From Octopus sinensis (lineage: Eukaryota): a stretch of DNA of 64,000 bases. A program made the translations under genes and the position numbers. The DNA lies in the NCBI RefSeq assembly GCF_006345805.1, contig NC_043008.1, forward strand, positions 77,438,001-77,502,000, written 5' to 3'. How positions within the stretch are numbered: the first letter of the stretch is position 1; each line of letters begins with the position of its first letter. Shown one piece after another: positions 1 through 12,999 of the stretch. The notes under the pieces are model-generated. The model ran no database searches and was not told the origin of the DNA. It saw only the letters and a program-made list of their open reading frames with translations.

Positions 1-448
1 TACAGGTATATATATATATATATACATGTATATATATATATATATATATACATGTATAGATATATATATATATACATGTATATATATATATAATATATAT
101 ATATATCATGTATATATATATATATATTTTTAATATATATATACAGTGATATTATATATATATATATATATTTATACATGTACATATATATAATATTATA
201 TATATATATACTGGATAGTATATATATATTTTATATACAGTATATACATGTATATATATATATATTTTGATATATATATACATGTATATATATATATATA
301 TATATTTTTATATATATATATACATGTATATATTATATATACATGTATATATATATATAATTTTTATATATATATATATACATGTTATATTAATATAATG
401 TATATATATTTATATATATTTTTATATATATATATATATATATAGTTT

Positions 449-481
<33 letters not shown>

Positions 482-486
482 ATATA

Positions 487-531
<45 letters not shown>

Positions 532-587
532 TTATATATATATATATATAGATATATATATTTTCTTATAATATATAATATATAATA

Positions 588-625
<38 letters not shown>

Positions 626-629
626 TTTG

Positions 630-666
<37 letters not shown>

Positions 667-670
667 GATA

Positions 671-707
<37 letters not shown>

Positions 708-772
708 TTTATTATATATATATATATATATATACATATATATATAGATATATATATACATGTATATATATA

Positions 773-817
<45 letters not shown>

Positions 818-834
818 TATAATATATATATATA
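1..834. repeat. Degenerate (TA)n microsatellite
   Basis: Near-continuous TA dinucleotides with CATG/TTT interruptions. Confidence 0.97.
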
Positions 835-1035
835 TGTAGGTCCCGGGTTGATTCGGGGTTAACCACAGTAAATAAGGTACTCAATACATAGCAGAGTAAA
901 ATTAATTTATTATATAGAAGGAGCTTCTACAGGACTAGAACAGTTCATTCAAGAGAAATCTTAGGAAGCTTCCTGAAGATTTCTCTTGAATGAAACAGTT
1001 CTAGTCCTGTAGAAGCTCCTTCTATATAATAAATT
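835..1035. mobile_element. Short palindromic TA-associated element, Penelope-like derivative (family A)
   Basis: Near-perfect inverted repeat 904-1035 centred on AAGCTT (966-971). The unique tail 835-900 recurs in reverse complement at about 60495-60548. Confidence 0.7.
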
Positions 1036-1107
1036 TATATAGATATATATATATATATATATATAATATATATATGTTTATATATATATATAATATATAT
1101 GTTTATA

Positions 1108-1419
1108 TCTCTCTCTATATAAACGGCAGTTTGTCTGTGCGTTTTCTGTGTGTCTTGTTTCTCGTACCCTCACTCTGACCACGGCTTTCAACCGATTCTG
1201 AGGAAACTTGACACACACATAGCCCAATGTCATAATTCAAACTAACGCAGCGAAAATTTTGAAAAGTTCCCCCAGTTCTGAAAAAGATCGATAAATTCGA
1301 CATGGGGTCGAGAATCAGAATCCAAACCACAGACCGCCTAGGGGACGCAACTCCACCTTTTTTAACTCTCAAAAAATTTACCATCATTTTTTTTCCATCA
1401 TACTAGCGATACTGCTAGT
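1108..1419 (+). mobile_element. Non-autonomous Helitron-like element, internally deleted
   Basis: 5' TC...TATATAAA...GTCTGT start. 3' end gcgatactgCTAGt is identical to the end of the element at 19015-19523. Confidence 0.65.
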
Positions 1420-1467
1420 ATATATATATATATATATAGATATATATTATATATATATATATATATA

Positions 1468-1740
1468 TAAATATTAGGAATAAATCCAATTTACAGGGAA
1501 AAAATCAGATTTAGGATTAAATCCAATTTTATAGTAAAATATTATATAATAATTAATTCGAGACAACCACTATTCTGCAAAACAAACAAGGAAAGACTTA
1601 TTCAATACATAAAATTTTAATATAAAGTAAATAAACCCCCATAAATGTGGCGGTTTATTACTTATATTAAAATTTTATGTATTGATTAAGTCTTTCCTTG
1701 TTTGTTTTGCAGAATAGTGGTTTTGTCTCGAATTAATATT
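1468..1740. mobile_element. Short palindromic element (family B)
   Basis: Inverted arms about 1552-1637 and 1652-1737. Homologous to 12998-13320 (ttacagggaaaaa.tcagatttag...accactatt). Confidence 0.7.
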
Positions 1741-2375
1741 ATATATATATTATATATATATATTTTTATATTATATATAAGTTTATATATATATATATGT
1801 TTATATATATATATGTTTATATATATATATGTTTATATATGTATATATGTTTATATATATATATATGTTTATATATATATATATATATATATGTTTATAA
1901 TTATATATATATATATATTTATGTATTATATATATATATATGTTGTATATATATATATTATTTTTATATATATATATATATGTTATATATATATATGATT
2001 ATATATATATATATGATTATATATATATATATATTATATATATATATATGTTTATATATATATATATGTTATATATATATATATGTTTATATATATATAT
2101 ATATATATATTATATTATATATATATATATATATATATGTTTATATATATATATATGTTTTATATATATATATGTTTATATATATATATATGTTTATATA
2201 TATATATGTTTATATATATATATATGTTTATATATATATATATATATATTTATATGTTTATATATATATATGTTTATATATATATAATATATATATATAT
2301 GTTTATATATATATATGTTTATATATATATATATATATATATACATGTTTATATATATATGTTTATTATATATAT

Positions 2376-2416
<41 letters not shown>

Positions 2417-2501
2417 TTATATATATATATGTTTATATATATATATATATATATCATCATAAGTTTATATATATATATGTTTATATATATATATATATAT
2501 A
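1741..2501. repeat. (TA)n microsatellite with periodic GTT interruptions
   Basis: Direct inspection. Confidence 0.97.
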
Positions 2502-2632
2502 TCATCATCATCATCGCTTAACGTCCACTTTCTATGCTGGCATGGGTTGGACGGTTTGACTGAGGACTGGCGAGCACCAGGCTCCAATCTAATCTGGCAG
2601 AGTTTCTGCAGTTGGATGGCCCTCCTAACGTC
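2502..2632 (-). mobile_element. SINE/LINE 3' tail fragment (RTE-type, (GAT)n tail)
   Basis: (CAT)n + ttaacgtccactttc.atgctggcatgggttggacgg; decayed related copy at 8724-8829. Confidence 0.6.
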
Positions 2633-2700
2633 TCTGGAATGGCACAATAATGCAGAGTGGACTATAATAACTGTTATAAATAATTTGATTATTCATAGTC

Positions 2701-2744
2701 CAATATAATATTTCGGAATATAAAAATTCCTTCTTCAGATATTG
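2701..2744 (-). ncRNA. Minimal type I hammerhead ribozyme, canonical core
   Basis: Minus strand: CAAUAU-CUGAAGA-A-GGAAU-uuuuau-AUUCC-GAAA-UA-UU-AUAUUG. 6-bp stem I, 5-bp stem II, palindromic AAUAUU stem III, AUU cleavage triplet. Confidence 0.85.
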
Positions 2745-2869
2745 CTAGGAAGTAATGGAGTCACTGTTATAGTCGGTTTTCCAACGGTTACTGAAATCTG
2801 TCGGAAACATCCTTGCAGTGGTCTCACAAAGTTCCTTCCGGAATTCCTCATGAGATACAACTGCGACCA

Positions 2870-3621
2870 GGATTGAAGACCGAATTAACACCGCCTGGAC
2901 TGACATTTGTAGACAGAGACAGCTACATAACTAATACAAGACGAACTTCCCAGATTAGACCCATCACCTCCAGCTGACTTTCCTCTATATAAAATATCCT
3001 GGCATCCTGAAACCCGCACTCTCCACCTTTCCTGGACATGTCAAGAACTCCGATGAGGTCATCAAAAGACTGGGCGAACTGACCCCCAGTCCAACTCAGA
3101 CAAAACAGATATGCCTTTAGTCTTGACGTTGTCTCAATGTACACAATGGTACCAGCACACTCGGCGGTCAACCTATTGACTGACTGCATAGTAGCGTCTG
3201 ACATCCATTGCTTCAGACTCACCGCAGCTGATATACACTAACTATTGTTCATCATCATGGACCACAGCTACTTCTCTTCCCATGATCACACCTACAAGCA
3301 GACAACAGGTTGCCTCATGGAAACCTACTGCCATCACTTATATGAACCATATGGAACGTTGAGCACTCAACATCTGTCACTCATGCGCCTTCTTCACCAG
3401 GTACATAGATGATATCCTCATACTCACATCCTCACATGAAGGGGCCGACAGAATATTCATGACATTCAACAACATGGACATGAATATATGGTTCACTATA
3501 GAACATCCCGACAACACTGGATCCCTATCGCTGCTCAACTTCCAACTGAAAATAACAGAAGAAGGAGAGGTACACACCGAATTCCACATGAAAGCAGCCA
3601 GTAGAAATATATTTGTTCACT

Positions 3622-3679
<58 letters not shown>

Positions 3680-4393
3680 TACACACAGACAGACTACAAT
3701 TCAGCCCTTCCACTTGCTGCCAAAATAGGATATGCCAGAAATGAACTTGCATGCATCCAGAGTAAGTGCAGCAGGACAGAGGACAAGGTGACCCACACCG
3801 CACACATCCTAGAGGTATTGAAAACCAATGGGTACCCTATATCCATTGTGAATCAGCTTAAGTACTCAAGATGACAAACACACTAAACACACAGAAAACC
3901 CAGCAACACATGCTTCCTTAAAATACCCCATTTTAGTGAGAGGATAACAACAGCCTTTTGAAGAGCCATAAGAAGAGAAAGATTAGACATACAACTAGTC
4001 CATTCCAGCTCCTCTTTGAGAAGACACCTAGCGATGAAACGAGCAAGGGACAGCAATTAATGCACACTAGCTAACTGCCCCATCCATGACACAGATTTAT
4101 GTCAACAGGTAAATATTGTATATCGAATCCAATGTAACAAATGCAACAATTTCTATGTGGCTAGCACAACAAGACCATTACACATTCACATCAAAGGATC
4201 TCTAAACACGCAGGCCTCCTCCTTCAGAAAATATCTAGACAGATGCCAGAATGCCGACAAAAACATAACAGTCACAATTGAGGCCAATGATAGAAATTTA
4301 GGAAATTTAAAAATTAAGGAAGCTATCCTCATAGACAGACTAGGGCCCCAAATTAACAACAGATTGGAAATTAACAATCACTACATTATTTAA
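2870..4393 (+). mobile_element. Penelope-like element, disrupted RT + GIY-YIG endonuclease ORF
   Basis: Motifs FSLDVVSMYTMVP, YKQTTGCLM(G), RYIDDI, IWFTIEH..N.GSLSLL, and C-terminal NIVYRIQCNKCNNFYVASTTRPL. Frameshifts, stops and a microsatellite at about 3624-3690. Confidence 0.9.
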
Positions 4394-4869
4394 CAACATC
4401 GACACCCTGCACACACGATGGTAACATTCTCATGTAACGAAACATTATTTATATTAAAAAAATGCTGTATAATATATAACTTGGAATCAGCACTGTAGAT
4501 ACTTTCTTCTTGTTTCACATTTTGCATCTATCTTCATGATTTTTTCTTCTCATTTCTTCTCATTTTCTCATACTCATCCTGGTTCTTAAATACATCAATG
4601 CATGAACAGAGCTTGAAGGATTGCTTAGAGATAACTTTAACTTTAATTTTTTATTAGTCTTCTCACTCTACCATGCCATAGCCATGTGGTGATGATAAAC
4701 CAAGAAACAGAATTTTTGATTTTTTGTCAGTAAAAGAACAACCATTTGAAGTGAAGACATGCCTGAGATTGATGTGACATGCATTATGGTTGGATGAGTT
4801 ATAAGAAAACAACCTCACCACTCCACCCAAGAATAGTTATCATCAGGCACTTCTACATTTAACTCCCCC

Positions 4870-5200
4870 AACCTCTCTTCATGTCTGTCTGTCTGTCCAT
4901 GAAGTCTGTATCCTCATATCTCACTCAATGTCTATGATTCTCTTTCTCCATATTTCTTTTTGTCTCTCTCTCACCGCATCTGTATTCCTTTATCTATCAT
5001 TCTCTCTCTCCCTATCTGCCCCAACTTAATGTTTGTCTTTCTCTCCATATTTCTGTTTGACTCTCTCTGCCCCACTCTCTCTGTGTTATATCCTCTCCCA
5101 CCCTTTCTCAGTACCTATCCCTCTCTCTATCTTTCTATGCCTCTCCCAGTCTGTCTATAGCACCATATCTCCCTATCACCTGTAGTCTCTATTTGTCTCT
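4870..5200. repeat. Degenerate CT-rich low-complexity tract
   Basis: Direct inspection. Confidence 0.8.
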
Positions 5201-6352
5201 TGGTCTACACCCCCATTGATAACTATATATTAGTACCACTAATATCAAAAGAAATATGTCACAAAACAATAGAATCTCAATGCTAGTTCCCGTAATCAAG
5301 TTAGATCTTGAACTATAATGTCATAAAATAGACTACATTATGTTCTTAATTGTAAAAGAACATTGCAGTTGTGTTGCATTATAACCAAGGAATTGTCATT
5401 TAGATCACATTACTTGTATACACTCAATATGCTATTGTTGCCACAGACATGATCATTGCACTTCAAACATTCAAACGTTGCCCCTATTACAATCTGGTCT
5501 GTTCCTTTTATAGTGCTCTTTATTTGTTAGAGATAGAGATAAAAACCAGTTTTCCAGCTACTCATATTAAAGCTAGATTAAGTAAGCCAGTTGGTTGGCT
5601 TGATGTGGAAATGGGCAGGTTATGTTTTATAAAAATTCACATTATCACAGTAGAAGGTCTTGCCTTCTGTAGATTAGGTAAGGATTAGTTCAGTTAATAT
5701 TATGAACTGATTAATGAAGTCTTGTCTTTTATTGATACTCCTGCTTGACACACACTTTCTGTTGACACCTGTACTATTTACTCTTGAGATACAGGTGGTA
5801 TGCTCCCAAAGTGTTGTTATGCAGCCAAAGTGGAGGGTGCTAGATTGATCAGAGAATACATTACCATCTTAATTACAGCCACTTGAAAACTATATGAATC
5901 TTTTCCTCATTTTTATTATTATACATGTTTCTGTCTACAAGTCATGTCTTTTATATGGTTCACTAGCCTGGCTGTAGAAGTTGAACACAACAGTAAGAGG
6001 GGAATACTTACATACATTTGAGAAAATAGATATGCAGTTACACACATACATTCACAAACATATACTTACACACCAATAAACATGCTGTGAGACATCCTAT
6101 TTTATTTGACACGGTAGGCATTTGATCCCCACCCATCATTGCACTGTATAACTTCAGTTCAGCTGACATCACATGTGGCATTTACATTCCAGCCTGAACA
6201 CTAAGAAACATGTTCACTAAATATGATGCCCTGGAGATATTGAAAATATTTAACTTAATTTCAGTATTACTTTGTAGCAGTGTTGGATATATTTCAGTAT
6301 ATTGATGTCATGAAAGTATAGAAAAGTACAATAATGAAATCTGTCATTCAGC

Positions 6353-6354
<2 letters not shown>

Positions 6355-6450
<96 letters not shown>

Positions 6451-6495
6451 GTCTATCTATCTATCTATCTATCTGTCTGTGTGTCTGTCTATCTA
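6355..6495. repeat. (TATC)n microsatellite
   Basis: Direct inspection. Confidence 0.97.
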
Positions 6496-6939
6496 TCAGA
6501 AACTGGAATAAGTCAACCAACTGTTAAAACTCTTGAATATTAGTTTATGATTAAGTCTCTTAATAAAATACACTCCCCATTGTTAATAACAAAACAAGTC
6601 CACTGTTGGAATTTCCTTTATTTCCTGGACAGTTCAGTAGGAAGTTGTGAAACGTCCATTTGACAAAGGTGTGTAATATTGTTGTTCAAGGAAGGAAGTC
6701 AAAAGACAAGGATATAATTGTACAAAAGTGATTTCAAATGAAATCAGCAATACTTGACATATTACCTATTTTCTGACTCCTCAGATTTTTAATGTTCCAT
6801 TAGGGTACAGTCACATGCTATGCTAACTTGTCACATGACAAATGAGTCATGTGACTGACTAATTTGTCATAATTAATACACTGAATTCACTCACTTTCTT
6901 TCATTGTAGAAACTGATCTTCTTTCTACGCAAAAGAAAT

Positions 6940-7160
6940 CATCACCACCATCACCACCACCACACCACCACCACCACCACCACCATAATCTCCACCACTA
7001 CTACCATCATCATCATTTCCATGACTACTGTCAACACTAACACCATTATCATCATCGTCACCCCCCCCCACCTTATTATCATTATCCCCATTGCCATTAT
7101 TGCCACTGCCATCACCACCAACTTGACCACCACTACTACAACCACCACCACCATCATAGT
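6940..7160. repeat. Degenerate (CAC/CAT)n trinucleotide tract
   Basis: Direct inspection. Confidence 0.9.
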
Positions 7161-7529
7161 CATGTTTTCAACAGTTTTATCAAAGTTTATATTACAGTGT
7201 TGTTTCCTGTTCGAATGCAAGGCAAGCAATGCATTCCTAACATACATTAACCCTTTAGTGTTTAAAGTAATTCATTCCAACATTTGTATAAATATAATAA
7301 TTCTTCAAAGACATAAAATAATGTATTATAAAATATCATTAATTCATCAAAGCTTGATTGTGTAGATGTGTTGTGTGAGTTGTTATAGTTTACAGGGGTT
7401 ATCCTATAGGGTATATGTGTTGTGTGTAGAGAAAGGTTGCTGTTTAAGGTGTGTTACATTGAAAGAATATTGTGCACAATTTGGCAATGTACCTAATTAG
7501 ATTGTATAACATTTGTTTGTATGTTTTTG

Positions 7530-7850
7530 TTCAAATTAATTTCGCCTCATCTCATAATCCAATTATTATGGACATCTTTTGCACTGTTATGTCCCACAAT
7601 CTGTTTACTTCAATTTCAAAATCCTGATCCTTTTACAATTACTTTACTTCCATCCATGTTTTAATCAAAGGTCTATTAGAATATAAGTATTTTAATTCCA
7701 GTCCTTGATAATTATAGCAGGACACTTTGTTTGGATCTCTCTTCAGTTTACATGGGCATATTCCAGATAAATATGTCCAAGTCAGTATTTGGTTCATGTT
7801 TGTACCACTTATTATATCTTTTCACAAGCCGAAAAGAAATAAGTGCCTCC
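7530..7850 (-). mobile_element. Old R4/Dong-type LINE endonuclease-region remnant
   Basis: Minus-strand translation gives KWYKHEP..D..IWNMP and ILID...IEVNRLW..TV...IIIG, like the intact RLE region at 47600-47900. Confidence 0.6.
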
Positions 7851-7938
7851 ATTATTACTCAGGAAGCTTAAACTGGAACTGTAAATATACTGGGAATTAG
7901 CAAGGGCTGAGCAACTGAAACAGCAAACTCAAACAATC

Positions 7939-8145
7939 ATTAGCATGCTGAGCAGAATGCTTAGTGGCATTTCGTTTGCTTTTACATTCTGAGTTCAAAT
8001 GCTACCAAGGTTGACTAATCATTTCATCCTTTCAAGTTTGTTCAAATAAAAACCTGTTGAGAACTGGCATTAATGTAGTCAACTCACTCCCACCACCAAA
8101 ATTTCAGGCCTCATGGCTATAGAAGAGAGGATTATTATTATTATT
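7939..8145 (+). mobile_element. SINE family 1, CpG-decayed copy
   Basis: Aligns by eye to the copy at 56551-56766, with CpG positions mutated. Confidence 0.8.
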
Positions 8146-8723
8146 AGTTAATCAATTTTTTTAATAATGTTCCTTAATTTTTAATTAACACATGTATTTA
8201 TACTCACTGAATACTTAACAGCAATTGACAAATAACATTTTCTTCAGTTAAAATATAAAATATTAAAGAACAAATGAAAGACAGGAAGGGTGTGATTTAC
8301 TATAAGAACCCAGGAAATAGTAGATCTTTTTGCATGTTTAGATTTCCTTCCAGTTTTAGCTGCCACTTGAGGAGGGAATACTGGAGGAAAATAATTTCAC
8401 AAAAAGTCTTCTGAGATTACTATTTCTTTTCTTTGAATATTTTGGTTTATAAACTCAAAATAAACAGTATGAAGTAATGACATTAATGCCGTTTTACTAT
8501 CTTTGCATCTACTATTTGCTTTCACAAGAAAACCAATTCTTTTCTATCTAATTATTGAAATATTTTAAAGCTAAGTAACAAGTCAAAAGCCTATTTTACT
8601 TCGTAACTACGCATTACAAACTTTTGAAGTCATTTAATTATTTATTTTATTTTTAATGGAAATATTTGTATATATGTTGTTGTTTTTATGGTTTTGCCAT
8701 TACCCAATTCTGACCTAACTAAG

Positions 8724-8829
8724 CATCATCATCATCATTTTAATGTCTATTTTACTAGGCTTGTATGAGTCAGACAGGAGAATGCTGAAGCAAAGTTTCT
8801 ATGGCCAAATGCTTTTCCTGTCACCAACC
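8724..8829 (-). mobile_element. Decayed copy of the 2502-2632 tail element
   Basis: (CAT)n-ttaatgtc...tttctatggccaaatgcttttcctgtcaccaacc. Confidence 0.5.
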
Positions 8830-8984
8830 TCTACCTATTTCCATGTGTGGTTATAATTTCCTAGTCTATTAGATGACAAACAACAATGGACTGCAAGCAA
8901 ATGACACTGTTATTGAAACAACAAATATAGACAAGGAAATACTCTTACAAACATACAAGAACATGCAGGCACGAACATGTACAC

Positions 8985-9158
8985 ACACCCACAACAAGCT
9001 TCTTTCAGTTTCCATCTACCAAATACATTCACAAGGCTTTTGGTTAGCCCAGGGCAATGAAAGAAGGTACTTGCACAAAATCCCACAGAGTGAGATTGAG
9101 CCTGAGATCACATGGGTTGGGAAGCAAACTTTTTAACCACACACTCATCTCTGCACCT
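8985..9158 (-). mobile_element. SINE family 2, 5' half, CpG-decayed
   Basis: Homologous to 63210-63376 and to the reverse complement of 60579-60750. Confidence 0.8.
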
Positions 9159-9287
9159 CAGATCTATGATAAAGGACATTTCATCCATGAACATCCTGTA
9201 TTTTAAAGGGTATCTAAGGACTATGTTGTCCAATGTGTCCTTTGTGTTGTAAGACAGAAGGATTGATTTGAAGGAATCTGGGTACTA

Positions 9288-9575
9288 TACATTATTTACA
9301 ATTGACGGATATTTGTCCTCATCTTGTTTGTTATCAACACAATGTTTCGGCTGATATACACTCCTGCCTTCATCAGGTGTCTTGGGGAAATTTCGAATCT
9401 GGGGTCTCATAAGGTATTTTTCGATGTTATTATTATTATTATTGTTGTTATTACTATCATTATTATTCAGGTCACTGCCTGGAATCGAACTTGGAATCTT
9501 GGGGTTAGTAGCCCACGCTCTTAACCACTATGCTATATGAGAACAAATATCCGTTAATTGTAAATAATGTACATA
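9288..9575. mobile_element. Short element with about 35-bp terminal inverted repeats carrying a hammerhead fold
   Basis: tacattatttacaattgacggatatttgtcctcat (from about 9288) versus atgagaacaaatatccgttaattgtaaataatgta (from about 9537). Confidence 0.7.
9337..9380 (-). ncRNA. Minimal hammerhead ribozyme, probably decayed
   Basis: ACAC-CUGAUGA-A-GGC...GCC-GAAAC-A-UU-GUGU. 4-bp stem I; stem III palindrome broken by an apparent CpG change. Confidence 0.65.
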
Positions 9576-9829
9576 ATTCCTCATCTCTTGAATATAGAAC
9601 TGTATCTGGGTACTATGTTTAGCTGTTCAAGTGACCACACTGAAGTCCCTTATCAGCCCATGGTCTAACTTAATGAAAATATGTATGGTTCAGTTGATAC
9701 TCCATAACAAAAGGCTCATATTTTATTCGTTAGTCATATTTTATAGCTTAGACATGTTTTATCCATTAGTCATTTTATAAATTAGTCATATTTTATTCAT
9801 TTATTATATTTTATTGATTAATCATGTTT

Positions 9830-10101
9830 TATACATGAACAGTTATACTTATTCAGTCGTGTCAAATTAAATCAATCACCTCAGGTATAAGTCTTTCCAT
9901 TTTTCCTCACAATATAATATACAATGAAAATTAAAATAAATAAATTTTATTGATTAGTCATGTTTTATTCATTACTCATGCCATATACATGAATAGTCAT
10001 ACTTATTCAGTTGTGTCAAATTAAATCAATCATCTCAGGTATAAATATTTCCTTTTGTTTTTTCTCACAATATAATAAACAATGAAAATTAAAATAAATA
10101 T
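9830..10101. repeat. Local direct duplication (about 115 bp, period about 155) next to a ttagtcatattttat minisatellite
   Basis: 9830-9942 versus 9984-10101 share atacatgaa.ag..atacttattcag..gtgtcaaattaaatcaatca.ctcaggtataa...caatgaaaattaaaataaata. Confidence 0.8.
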
Positions 10102-11979
10102 ATGTTAGTTGATTATTTATGCTACATGTAATTTTGTCTGCTGGGATTGCTATATTTTCTTATGTCTGAGGGATTTGATTACAGATTAATACTAAACTTT
10201 CTGAGAATGTTGCATTTAAAATCCAGTGTTGTAACCAGATTTACATAGTATTGTCTTAATATTACTAATGCAAGAGCTAAGAACAACTATTAAGAGTAGC
10301 TTATGAAGATTTTAATCATAATTAAATGTGAAATATGATGAGGCCAATATTATAAGTAAAATATTTGAAAATGAAATTGTTTGAATTGAATTTGGAAAAT
10401 ACAGTGAATGCTAAAAATACTGTCAACTTTATGTTTATTCAGGTAAAAGAACAGTGTCACAAGAATGAAGGTAAAGATGAGTGCTCCAGAAATGTTGCCA
10501 AACATATGGAATGTTAAATATTGCAGACAGGAGATATCAACAGGAACTGTAATAACTGCTTTAACCTGAGAATAAAGTGATATAATCTGCTACACACAAG
10601 TACACAGAAACAAAATACTCAGAGAAAGAGAGAGAAAGAAAGAGTGTGTGGGGGAGAGTACAGTTATTTCAAATGAGATAGAAGATAATAGTCTTTAAAT
10701 AGAATGTAATACTATAAAGGAATGGTTATCTAAAGACACACCTTGCTGTTGATCCAGTTAAAATTATCAGATTATATAAAACTGGGCAGTCTGCCAATCT
10801 TCATTGAAATAATTCTTGCAGGAATCAATTCTAGATTATGAGAACCTTAAACAGGATGTTGATGTCTGGTCTTATTGATGTTGGGAGAGATATTAAATCT
10901 GAAAGGATATTCTTACCAAAATTCTGGTTGTAATTTTCAATAAATCATTAACTCAATCTGGATTTGGTTACATTAAACAGGAGAGAAATAAGCACTCTCC
11001 CAGATTACAATAATAAAGATCTGTTATTTATTGCCCTCAAATTAGGTGAGGTGAACAGATAAATAATGAGATCTCCTGCCACAATATACTGCAAATTACT
11101 CACTGAAGGATTGAACTCTTGACAGTACTGCTAAAATGTTATCTAGAGACTGTCCTATCATCATAAATACAAAATTAAATGCTGCCTTACTTATGAAGTA
11201 CTTAGAGTATATTTTCTTTTCTTTATCACTGTACAAACACACACACACACACACAGATCATACATAGGAAAAAACACGTGATCTCTGCCCATTTACCCTC
11301 AATAACATCCACTACTGCACTAACATTTTATCTTTGTCTACAGCTCTTACTATGAACCAGCCTTGTCCACCTTCTTTTGGTCATTTCTACCAGGTTTCAC
11401 TCAATGAACTTCTAACTAAATATTTTATTCAATCAGGTTTAGGCAGTTATCACATTTCCTGCTACTGTCTCCTTTCTACATTGTTTAACATTGTATATGG
11501 TTGGCAAAGTCTCTGGAGCATTCTTTTTAACCTGCATTCATATCACACTAATTATTCTTTTACCTGGATAAATACTAAGTATACTAAACAGTAAAGCAAG
11601 TAGCCACATTAAAATAGTACTAAACAGTAAATGAGTTTCGACATCAAAGCGGCAGATGAATGTTACTACTAGGTTAACCCCAGGCAGATTCTCCACCAGC
11701 TGGTTTTCGGTGCAAGTTCTGCACCCTTTATATACAATATATTGCTAGCAGAGGGAGCGGAACTCCTACTACCCTCAAACAGCTGACAGGATCACAGGCC
11801 TGGCTGGTCTCAAGGTATTTGGTTCACGCCAGTGCATGCACCTACACAGTGGAATGATAGCTAAGAGCCGCTTCTGCCAGTGATATATTGTAAACAAAGT
11901 GTCCATCACTCACTGATTTGCAACAAGCAAAATAGCTAGTCACTGACAGAAGCAGATCTTAGGTTTTTATCTAAAGTCT

Positions 11980-12425
11980 TTAAATAAAAACCTTTGACAC
12001 TACAACACTGTATAAATTCTCTAGTTGGAATGACCAAGTTTAAGAACTGCTGGATCTCACTCATAAGGCATTGGAATTTTGCATTGTGTATAAACTCTAT
12101 ATTTGGAAGGACCTATTTTAAACTCTGTTGGACTTTTGGACTTTACTCATAAGGTATTGGAATCTTACATGTATACCATTCTGCCTAAAAAATGGATCTA
12201 CAACTTCAATATCCCTACATATCTTGCATCCATTTTCTTTCCTCCACCTCACTCTATTTTATATCACATCTAAACTAACTATGACTTAACCATCCTCTCA
12301 CACCGTCTCCGATGAAGGGATATCATTAATAAATATCCTGGAAACAGCTGTAAGACCTTCTATCTATAAATGTTCTAATATCTACACAGCCTTTGATTTT
12401 TATCTCATTACGCAAAAAATTCTTA
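11980..12425 (+). mobile_element. Penelope-like 3' end element (family D) with hammerhead
   Basis: About 450 bp homologous to the reverse complement of 52400-52870. Confidence 0.7.
12305..12356 (+). ncRNA. Minimal hammerhead fold, U4C core variant
   Basis: GUCU-CCGAUGA-AGGGAUAU...AUAUCCU-G-GAAAC-AGCU-GUA-AGAC; palindromic ACAGCUGU stem III. Confidence 0.7.
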
Positions 12426-12442
12426 TATATATATGTTATATA

Positions 12443-12489
<47 letters not shown>

Positions 12490-12520
12490 CCGTTCGATTC
12501 ACTTCAACATTTAAGTTTAA

Positions 12521-12570
12521 TTTGTCAAAATATTTTCGTCGCTAAAATCCGCGACCTGTTCACTGACAAA
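12521..12570 (-). ncRNA. Hammerhead fold with G3-C8 swapped core
   Basis: UUUGUCA-GUGAACA-G-GUCGC-ggauuuua-GCGAC-GAAA-AUAU-U-U-UGACAAA. Confidence 0.75.
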
Positions 12571-12632
12571 ATCCGTGCTGCATCTCATTTCAGCACACGA
12601 TCTCAGATCAAATCACTTGCTATGCGAGTACA

Positions 12633-12743
<111 letters not shown>

Positions 12744-12806
12744 TGTACTCGCATAGCAAGTGATTTGATCTGAGATCGTGTGCTGAAACGAGATGCAGCA
12801 CGGATT

Positions 12807-12856
12807 TTTGTCAGTGAACAGGTCGTGGATTTTAGCGACGAAAATATTTTGACAAA
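12807..12856 (+). ncRNA. Hammerhead fold with G3-C8 swapped core
   Basis: Same as 12521-12570, with a U-G wobble in stem II (GUCGU/GCGAC). Confidence 0.72.
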
Positions 12857-12937
12857 TTAAACTTAAATGTTGAAGTGAATCGAACGGCTTTTGTGTGTTT
12901 CTTAAATGGCTTACAAACACCTTCCACGCTGCAATTG

Positions 12938-12997
<60 letters not shown>

Positions 12998-12999
<2 letters not shown>

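Noticed and set aside
248-2559. YI/IY-rich ORFs, and similar SIYL, poly-I, poly-N, VC and HT ORFs across the window
   Set aside because: Translations of (TA)n, (TATC)n, (TAA)n and (TG)n microsatellites, with no protein-like complexity.
5651-5677. Possible + strand microexon (cag|...|gtaagg, EGLAFCRL)
   Set aside because: No recognisable protein or partner exons; such signals occur by chance in 64 kb.
10443-10517. Possible + strand terminal exon (VKEQCHKNEG...MEC*)
   Set aside because: Only a modest acceptor and no homology I can recognise.
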